From an uncultured delta proteobacterium (lineage in GTDB: Bacteria > Myxococcota > Myxococcia > SLRQ01), in contig CAVSGM010000002.1 in the NCBI GenBank assembly GCA_963727485.1, positions 832,001-896,000 on the forward strand: 64,000 bases of DNA. The letters are read 5' to 3'. The notes below the pieces were generated by a model, which was given only the letters and a program-made list of their open reading frames with translations, searched no databases and was not told the origin of the DNA. Of the stretch, positions 57,195-64,000 are shown in pieces. The stretch's first letter is position 1. Every line of letters begins with the position of its first letter. Position numbers and translations under genes: made by a program.

Positions 57195-57635
57195 ATGATC
57201 GCGAACGAAGCCGAGCACCGACGGGACGTGGATGGGGGCCAGGAGGCCCGGCGGAGCCGACGGCGGCTCCGGGCGCAGGCCCAGGCCCACCGGGCCCTCG
57301 AGTCCTTCGACCCCGCCGAGCGGGCGGCACCGGACCTGCCGCTGCCGGTGGCGACGCCCACCTTCGAGGCGCCGGCCGGGCCCGATCCCGCGGACGTGTT
57401 CCGCACCCCCGAGACGCTCCTCCAGGCCGTGCGCCAGTGCGTGTACCAGGCCGAGCGCCTCCTCGCCGAGGGGAACCGGGCGGCGACCCTCGGCTGCCTC
57501 ACCGAGGCCTCGGATCTCTTCGCCGCCCTCGACGACTTCGAGGCCTCGGCGCTCGCCGGCGGCGCCTCCGATGCCGGCCGCCTCGACGAGGTCCTCGACC
57601 AGCTCCTCGGCGCCCTCGACGACCACCGGCTCTGA
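57195..57635 (+). CDS. Hypothetical acidic helical protein
   Basis: GC3-biased ORF with purine-rich RBS. Confidence 0.5.
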   Translation: MIANEAEHRRDVDGGQEARRSRRRLRAQAQAHRALESFDPAERAAPDLPLPVATPTFEAPAGPDPADVFRTPETLLQAVRQCVYQAERLLAEGNRAATLGCLTEASDLFAALDDFEASALAGGASDAGRLDEVLDQLLGALDDHRL

Positions 57636-57684
57636 TCGCACGGGGGGATGGCGGCGCCCGGGTTCCGGGTTACCATCCCCGACC

Positions 57685-58296
57685 ATGGTCGGGATGCACC
57701 AGGAGGCGGAGCATCTGCTGCGGTACTGGCTGGGGACGGCGCGGGCCGACGGGGCGCTGCCCCCGGACCGGATGCGCCTGTGGTTCGGCGGCGAGGCCGA
57801 CACCGACCGGGACCTGCGGATGCGCTTCGGCGCCTTCCACGTGGAGGCGCTGACCGGCGACCTCGATCACCTCGCCGAGAGCCCCCGGGGACGGGTGGCC
57901 CTGGTGATCGCCCTCGACCAGCTCTCCCGGAACCTGGACCGGGGCACCGCCGAGGCCTACGCCGGCGACGAGAAGGCCCTGGCGCTGGCCCGGGAGGCCA
58001 TCGCCGGCGGCCTCGATCGCAACCTCGCCCCGGTGGAGCGGGCGTTCCTCTACATGCCCCTGATGCACGCCGAGGACGTCGACGCCCAGAACCTCTCGGT
58101 GGAGTGCTTCCGCGCCCTCGAGGCCGCCGTCCCCGAGGACAGCCGGGAGGCCTACGCCCGGTTCACCGACGCCGCCCAGCGCCACCGGGACGTGGTGATG
58201 CGCTTCGGCCGCTTTCCCCACCGCAACGTCCTCCTCGACCGGGAGAGCACCGACGAGGAGCGCCGGTTCCTCGCCGGGCCGGGCGCGCCGTTCTGA
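57685..58296 (+). CDS. DUF924-family protein
   Basis: LDQLSRN, FLYMPLMHAED, RFGRFPHRN..R.ST.EE. Confidence 0.9.
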   Translation: MVGMHQEAEHLLRYWLGTARADGALPPDRMRLWFGGEADTDRDLRMRFGAFHVEALTGDLDHLAESPRGRVALVIALDQLSRNLDRGTAEAYAGDEKALALAREAIAGGLDRNLAPVERAFLYMPLMHAEDVDAQNLSVECFRALEAAVPEDSREAYARFTDAAQRHRDVVMRFGRFPHRNVLLDRESTDEERRFLAGPGAPF

Positions 58297-58306
58297 AGGC
58301 GCGGGC

Positions 58307-58993
58307 TCAGGCGTAGCGCGTGGGGTCGGGGAGCCCGGCGGCCTCGAAGCCCTGGCGCCGGAGCACGCAGGCGTCGCACTCGCCGCAGGCCCGCCCGGCG
58401 TCGTCGGCGCGGTAGCAGCTCACGGTCATGGCGTAGTCGACGCCGAGGCCCACGCCGGTCTTGACGATCTGCGCCTTGGTCATCCGGATCAGCGGCGCCT
58501 TGACCCGGATGCGCCGGCCCTCGACCCCGGCCTTGGTGGCGACGTTGGCCAGATCCTCGAAGGCCTTGATGAACTCCGGGCGGCAGTCGGGGTAGCCCGA
58601 GTAGTCGACGGCGTTGACCCCGGTGAACAGGTCCCGGGCGCCGACGACCTCGGCGAGCGAGAGGGCCACCGCGAGCATCACCGTGTTGCGCGCCGGCACG
58701 TAGGTGTCGGGGATGCCGCCGGCGGCGATGGCCTCCGGCCCTCTGGCCACGGGGATCTCCCGCGCGCGATCGGTGAGGGCCGAGCCCCCGATGCTCCCCA
58801 GGTCGACCTCCACCAGGCGGTGATCCTCCGCCCCGAGCGCCTCGGCCACCCGGCTCGCCGCCGCCAGCTCCGCCTGGTGCCGCTGGCCGTAGTCCACGGT
58901 CAGGGCGTGACAGGCGTAGCCCGTGGCCCGGGCCATGGCGAGCACCGTCGCCGAGTCGAGCCCCCCGCTCACCAGCACCACCGCATGACGCAT
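58307..58993 (-). CDS. queC: 7-cyano-7-deazaguanine synthase
   Basis: [37 protein letters not shown]. Confidence 0.96.
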   Translation of the reverse strand: MRHAVVLVSGGLDSATVLAMARATGYACHALTVDYGQRHQAELAAASRVAEALGAEDHRLVEVDLGSIGGSALTDRAREIPVARGPEAIAAGGIPDTYVPARNTVMLAVALSLAEVVGARDLFTGVNAVDYSGYPDCRPEFIKAFEDLANVATKAGVEGRRIRVKAPLIRMTKAQIVKTGVGLGVDYAMTVSCYRADDAGRACGECDACVLRRQGFEAAGLPDPTRYA

Positions 58994-59210
58994 CAAGTCA
59001 ACTCCAGGAAAATTGGTGGGTTACCCTACATACACGGATTTCCTGGCGAAATCCGTCCGAGCCTGATTACCGCGCCCGCGCGCGGTTGAAAAGGGCGCGC
59101 CGAGTGGCTAATACAACCGGGCTTCGGGGGCGATCGGTCCTCGAAGCTCCGTCCATACCCGAGAGGGCCGCGTGCCGCCGGTGCCGCGGGTCCTCGTGAG
59201 GAGCCTCCCC

Positions 59211-60757
59211 ATGACCCAGGCCGCCGCCGTGACGCACGGTCCCGAGCCCGTGCTGCAGCAAGGACGTCCCCGCCAAGCGCTTCATCGACAACCCCACCTG
59301 GGAGGAGCTGCGGCAGATGACCCGCGCCTCCGAGTGGACCACCGAGTGGGGCAACGCCGCGTACGTGACCCGCGTGCGCTCCCGGAGCGCCGCCTTCACC
59401 AAGAACTTCGTCGACGAGCAGCCCGACGACACCAATCGCGCCCTCATCCAGAAGGTGCGCGACTACGTCAAGGACAAGACGCTCATCCAGATCGACCGGG
59501 TCATGGGCAAGGGCGACGACGCCTTCCACTGCCGCCTCTACCTCTCCGAGCACATGGCCCGCGTGGGCCTGTTCTGGACCAGCGCCCTCTACGCGCCGCC
59601 GGCCAACTACGAGCGCGTCGAGCCCGACTTCGTCACCCTCTACCTCGAGGAGTGGCCCGAGCGCCGCATCCTGGTCGACGCCGAGCACGGCGTCACCTAC
59701 GCCCTCGGCGTCGACTACTACGGCGAGGCCAAGAAGTCGTTCCTGCGCATGGGCATGTACGCCACCAAGTCCCGCCGCGGCGGGCTGGGGCTCCACGCCG
59801 GCTCCAAGAATCCTCACCGTGAAGAACGCCGAGGGCGAGCTCACCGAGAAGGGCGCCATCTTCTTCGGCCTCTCGGGCACCGGGAAGACCTCGCTGACCT
59901 GCCACCCCCACGAGCTCGAGGCCCCCGAGAAGGCGGAGATCCTCCAGGACGACGTGGTGTTCATGCTCCCCGACAGCTCCTGCAAGGGCACCGAGGAGGG
60001 CTTCTACATCAAGACCGACGGGCTGCGCCCCGAGGACCAGCCGACCCTCTACTACGGGATCCAGAAGCCCCGGGCGCTGCTGGAGAACGTCTGGGTCGAC
60101 CCCAGCCGCAAGGTCGACTTCGACAACGGCGGGATCTCCAAGAACGGCCGGGCCATCGTCTGGCGCTCGGACATCGACCTCGCCGACGAGCGCATCGATC
60201 TCGAGCAGCTCGACCTGGTGTTCTTCATCACCCGCAACTTCACCATCGTCCCCCCGGTGTCGAAGCTCTCGCCGGCGCAGGCCGCCGCGGCGTTCATGCT
60301 CGGCGAGTCCATCAAGACCAGCGCCGCCAATCCCAAGGCCGCCGGCGAGGCGGTCCGCGAGGTGGGCACCAACCCCTTCATCGTCGGGCCCAAGAACGAG
60401 GAGGGCAACCGCTTCCTCGAGATCCTCGAGCGCAACCCGCACATCCAGTGCTTCCTCCTCAACACCGGGGTCGTCGGTGGCAAGGAGGAGGGCCTCAAGA
60501 TCACCCTGATGATGAGCCAGGCCATCATCCGCGAGATCGCCCGGGGCACCGTGAAGTGGGCGCCCGACGCCGACTGGGGCTACGACGTCGCCACCGAGGC
60601 GCCGGGGATGGACCTCCACAAGTTCGACCCCAAGCACTTCTACACCCACGAGGAGTACGAGCGCCGGGTCAAGAAGCTCAAGGAGGAGCGGCGCGAGTGG
60701 CTGGCCCTCTTCCCCGGGCTCCGCAAGGACATCGTCGAGGCCTTCCCGCTGAAGTAG
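59211..60757 (+). CDS. pckA: Phosphoenolpyruvate carboxykinase (ATP) (frameshifts ~59255, ~59810)
   Basis: YYGEAKKS, LHAG, FFGLSGTGKT, QDD, EEGFYIKT, LENV, NGR, NPF, LLNTG. Confidence 0.85.
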
Positions 60758-60767
60758 CCTTTCGGTC

Positions 60768-62282
60768 CTAGGGCCCCCCACGCTCGCAGGCGAGGAGGCG
60801 CTGGTAGGTCTTCCAGTGCTTCCCGCCCCGGGCGTGGAGGCGCGCCGCCAGGGTCAGCGTCTCCTCGGCCCGGGCCAGGCGCACCACCGGGGCCAGCTTC
60901 ACCTTGGTCTGGTCCACGGCGGCCCAGGCGACGTTGGCGGCGCTCCAATCGGCGCGCCAGTCTGCGACCCGCGCGTCGCTCCGGAGGAAGCGGGCGATGG
61001 CGTCCCGGTGCCCCTCGACGGTGGCCAGGAAGTCCGGGTGCCAGGGATCCGAGAGCACCGGCCACCGCGCCAGGAGGGCGTACTCCACGGTGAGCGCCGC
61101 GTCGTTCGCCACCGACTCCGCCTGCTGCGCCTTGCGGGTGAGGCGGGCGAGGCGCGCCCGGATCTGCTTCAGCCCCCCTGCGAGCTCCTTCGCCCCGTGG
61201 AGATGGACCCGCGCCGAGAGGGCCCGCACCTCGGCCCGCCACTCGGGGAGCGGCACCGGCGTCTCGGGTCCGCTCTTCGGCGCCACCACCCGCAGGTAGC
61301 GCTCGGAGGTGGTGGTGGGCACGTCGAAGGAGCCCCCGTGGATCACCGCCTGGGCGTGGGCCTCGAGGAGGCTGATGTGCCCGTCGCCGTTGAGGTCGAA
61401 GACGTGCACCGGCAGCTTCTTCCCCGCGCGGTCCTCGCGCTTGAGGGCGTGGAGGAAGTAGATGCCATAGCCCTGCTGGGCCGCGCGGTCGGGGTTGGGA
61501 TCACAGCCAGACGCCGGGCAATCCCAGGTGGTGGCGAACAGGCCGCAGCGCGTCCCCTCGGCGACCCCGCGCCCCGGGTCGGCCCCCCGGAACACCAGGT
61601 CGGCGAAGGCCCCGGAGAAGCACGAGGTGATCACCATCCGCAGGGGCCGGCGGTCCGGGGCGCCGTCGAGGACCTTGGCGAGGTCGGTCACCGTCTCCCC
61701 GTAGCCGCCCCAGGTGTCGAAGCTGTTCTGGGGCCGGGTGCGCCCCTGGCTCCCGTGGCTGGCGACGTAGAGGGTCAGCGGCCCGGTCCCCTTCGCCAGG
61801 GCCCGGCGGAGGGTGGACTCGAGGCTCTCGGGGGTGAAGGGCCCGTCGGCGGGGAGGGTCACCGCCTCGAAGTGGCTGTCCCGGGCGCCGTCACCGTCGA
61901 AGAGGTCGGCGAGCGCTTGGAGCAGGGGGTCGCCCCGGGGCGCCGGGTCGAGGACCCGGACGCCCTTCGTCCCCGGGCCGGCGCCGAAGAGGAGGACCCC
62001 GCCGGCGCCGAAGGCCTGCCGGGCGAGGGCGAGATCCTGCTCCAGGGAGACCTGCTGGTGGGCCGGGTCGGTGCCCCCGCCGGCGCCGATCCAGCGGATC
62101 GCCGCACCGGGGACCGCCTCGGTGGGGATCACCGCGTCGTCGTGGGAGACGTCGGCGCCCCCGGAGACGCCGCCTGGGACCGGCACCGCACCCGAGAGGG
62201 CGAGCCCGGCGAGGACGGCGGCGAGCACCGCCCCGAGGCGGCGCGCCGGGGCCGGCACGAGGCGGCGCGGGGGACGGGCCAT
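60768..62282 (-). CDS. Secreted clan CD (caspase/legumain C13-like) cysteine peptidase
   Basis: Signal/TM; LYVASHGS and VITSCFSG His/Cys motifs; DLNGDGHISLLE. Confidence 0.6.
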   Translation of the reverse strand: MARPPRRLVPAPARRLGAVLAAVLAGLALSGAVPVPGGVSGGADVSHDDAVIPTEAVPGAAIRWIGAGGGTDPAHQQVSLEQDLALARQAFGAGGVLLFGAGPGTKGVRVLDPAPRGDPLLQALADLFDGDGARDSHFEAVTLPADGPFTPESLESTLRRALAKGTGPLTLYVASHGSQGRTRPQNSFDTWGGYGETVTDLAKVLDGAPDRRPLRMVITSCFSGAFADLVFRGADPGRGVAEGTRCGLFATTWDCPASGCDPNPDRAAQQGYGIYFLHALKREDRAGKKLPVHVFDLNGDGHISLLEAHAQAVIHGGSFDVPTTTSERYLRVVAPKSGPETPVPLPEWRAEVRALSARVHLHGAKELAGGLKQIRARLARLTRKAQQAESVANDAALTVEYALLARWPVLSDPWHPDFLATVEGHRDAIARFLRSDARVADWRADWSAANVAWAAVDQTKVKLAPVVRLARAEETLTLAARLHARGGKHWKTYQRLLACERGGP

Positions 62283-62342
62283 GCCGATCGGTTACCACGG
62301 AGCGGCCGTGGAGGTCACCGGCGCGGGCTCACCGGCGCGGGC

Positions 62343-63152
62343 TCACCGCCGGGCGAGGAGATTGAGGAGGAGGTCCGGGGCGTCCACGTGGACGAAGTGC
62401 CCGGCGCCCCGCACCGTGTCCACCGGCACCCCCGCGGCCCGGAGCCGGTCGGCGTCGTCCTCCGAGGTGTAGGCCGACGCGCCCCCGCGGATGAGCCGGA
62501 GCCTCACCTTCCCGGCGTCGACCATGGGCCACAGATCCTCGGCGTTGGTGCGCCGGGAGAGCTCGGCCATGGCGGCGCGGTCGATGCGCCAGGCGTAGTC
62601 CCCGCGGTCGTCGTCGTGGACCAGGTTCATCACCAGCCAGTCGGCCACCGGCCCTGGGACCCCGCCGTCGACCAGGAAGCGCTTCGCGTCCTCCCGGCGC
62701 GGCACCCGGTCGGGGGCGGCGAGGAGGCGCTCGAGGACCGGGTCGCGCCGGGCGAGGACCACCGGCCCCGGGGCGATGTCCACCAGCACCACCTCCGAGA
62801 CGGCCTCGGGATCGAGCTTCGCCGCCGCGAGCGCCACCCGCCCTCCGAGGGAGTGGCCCACGAGGCGAAAGGGCCGCCGGAGCCCCAGCCCGTGGGCGAG
62901 GAGGAGCACGTCCCGGGCGAGGTCCTCGAGGGTGGGCGCCTCGGGGAGCGGCGGGGACTCGCCGTGGCCGGTGAGGTCCGGGAGGACCAGGGTCAGGGAC
63001 GCGTCCCGGTCGTGCCACCGCCGCGCCAGGGAGCGGAGGTTTCGGCCGGAGCCGAGGAAGCCGTGGAGGAGGATGACCGCGTCGGGGCCGTCGCCGAGGG
63101 TGTCGTAGCTGAGCAAGATGCGCCTCCGGTTGCGGCCCCCCACGATAGCCAT
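62343..63152 (-). CDS. Alpha/beta-fold hydrolase (YbfF-like); start uncertain
   Basis: LLHGFLG, DLTGHG, GHSLGG, DIAP, AGHFVH. Confidence 0.88.
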   Translation of the reverse strand: MAIVGGRNRRRILLSYDTLGDGPDAVILLHGFLGSGRNLRSLARRWHDRDASLTLVLPDLTGHGESPPLPEAPTLEDLARDVLLLAHGLGLRRPFRLVGHSLGGRVALAAAKLDPEAVSEVVLVDIAPGPVVLARRDPVLERLLAAPDRVPRREDAKRFLVDGGVPGPVADWLVMNLVHDDDRGDYAWRIDRAAMAELSRRTNAEDLWPMVDAGKVRLRLIRGGASAYTSEDDADRLRAAGVPVDTVRGAGHFVHVDAPDLLLNLLARR

Positions 63153-63181
63153 GGCCGGGGAAGGTGCCACCGGCGGTGGGA

Positions 63182-63850
63182 TCAGCCCCTCGGCGAGAGC
63201 GGCACGTCGGCGATGGGGTAGTGGCGGGCGTTCATGTAGTTGAAGTGCCACCACTCCATGCGGATGGTGGTGAAGCCCAGGCCCATCATCACCGACTGGA
63301 GGATCATCCGGTGCTTGCGCGCCCGCTTGGGCACGTTCGTGGCGTGGGCGTGGGCCTCGGGGGTGAAGCTGTCGAGGTCGGTGGGCATCTCGACCTTCGA
63401 GCCGTCGAGGTGGACCAGGGTGCAGTCCACGGCGCTGCCGCGGTTGTGGTTGCTCCCGTGCTTGGGGTTCGCCACCAGGCCCGGGGTGGGCACCAGCTTC
63501 CACATGTACCGCTGCACCGAGAGGGGCCGGTAGCAGTCCCAGAGCTCGAGGCGGTAGCCGGCGCGCTCGAGGTGCTGCTCCGCCCGCTTCAGGGCCCTCA
63601 CCACCGAGCGCCGCAGCAGGCAGCGGGCGTCCTTGGGGTAGACCCGCTTGTGCATGAAGTTGTCCCGGGTGGCGTAGCGCAGGTGGACCACCACCCCGGG
63701 GATGTACTTCTTCACCACCACCAGGGGGTCGTGGTGGGCGGGGCGCCCGTGGGCGTCTCGGGCCGCGGCCGGGTGGACGGAAGGCGCCACCCGCGGGTGG
63801 GGATGGGGCGCGGCGAGGCCGGCGGCGAGGAGGACGATGAGGCGCAGCAT
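63182..63850 (-). CDS. D-alanyl-D-alanine dipeptidase (M15D, VanX/DdpX family) with signal peptide
   Basis: YATRDNF, WDCYRP, SNHNRGSAVD, EWWHF. Confidence 0.92.
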   Translation of the reverse strand: MLRLIVLLAAGLAAPHPHPRVAPSVHPAAARDAHGRPAHHDPLVVVKKYIPGVVVHLRYATRDNFMHKRVYPKDARCLLRRSVVRALKRAEQHLERAGYRLELWDCYRPLSVQRYMWKLVPTPGLVANPKHGSNHNRGSAVDCTLVHLDGSKVEMPTDLDSFTPEAHAHATNVPKRARKHRMILQSVMMGLGFTTIRMEWWHFNYMNARHYPIADVPLSPRG

Positions 63851-64000
63851 GCCCTCGACGCTAGCGTCCGAGGCGGTGTGGGTAAACCCGTCGCCGGTGG
63901 CCGGGGTGGGGCCGCGGCGGCCGGTGGTGCAGCGCCCCGGGCCCTGGACTAGGCTACCCGCGATGACCGACGCCTCCCCGACCCGGCGCCTGATGGTGCG

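Noticed and set aside
58307..58993. queC as part of a 7-deazaguanine DNA-modification or QatC-type defence system
   Set aside because: Canonical short QueC among housekeeping genes, with no dpdA, qat or other defence neighbours
59211..60757. Programmed frameshifting or true pseudogene in pckA
   Set aside because: No slippery heptamer seen and indels are widespread across the window
63182..63850. Vancomycin resistance gene vanX
   Set aside because: No vanH/vanA/vanRS context and it carries a signal peptide; a generic M15D dipeptidase is more likely

Overview
Very GC-rich bacterial chromosome segment. The gene content (three sigma54 enhancer-binding proteins, Ser/Thr kinase, PilZ proteins, Cys-rich lipoproteins) suggests a Myxococcota/deltaproteobacterial organism. 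About 14 single-base frameshifts in otherwise intact genes point to long-read indel errors rather than real decay. Left part (about 1.3-15.4 kb): a lower-GC accessory island next to a tRNA-Gly(CCC) whose near-invariant U8-A14-A21 triple is replaced by G8-C14-G21. The island holds an IS-truncated subtilase operon with two paralogous lipoproteins, abutting IS256 and IS3 elements, a 2164-aa Sec-signal SpvB/FG-GAP/Rhs toxin with an HNH-like tip, a candidate immunity gene, and a diverged 124-bp copy of the Rhs core. Middle: amino-acid transport operon (LeuT-like NSS transporter, small subunit, APC permease), a giant Cys-rich/PPC lipoprotein, a two-component system, and a second islet where an IS630 sits in the stop codon of a secreted 10-Cys miniprotein gene. 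Right part: core genes glnB-glnA, mreB, queC, pckA, a D-Ala-D-Ala dipeptidase and many envelope proteins. No CRISPR array, rRNA, integrase or reverse transcriptase was seen. All family calls come from motif recognition by eye; no database searches were run.
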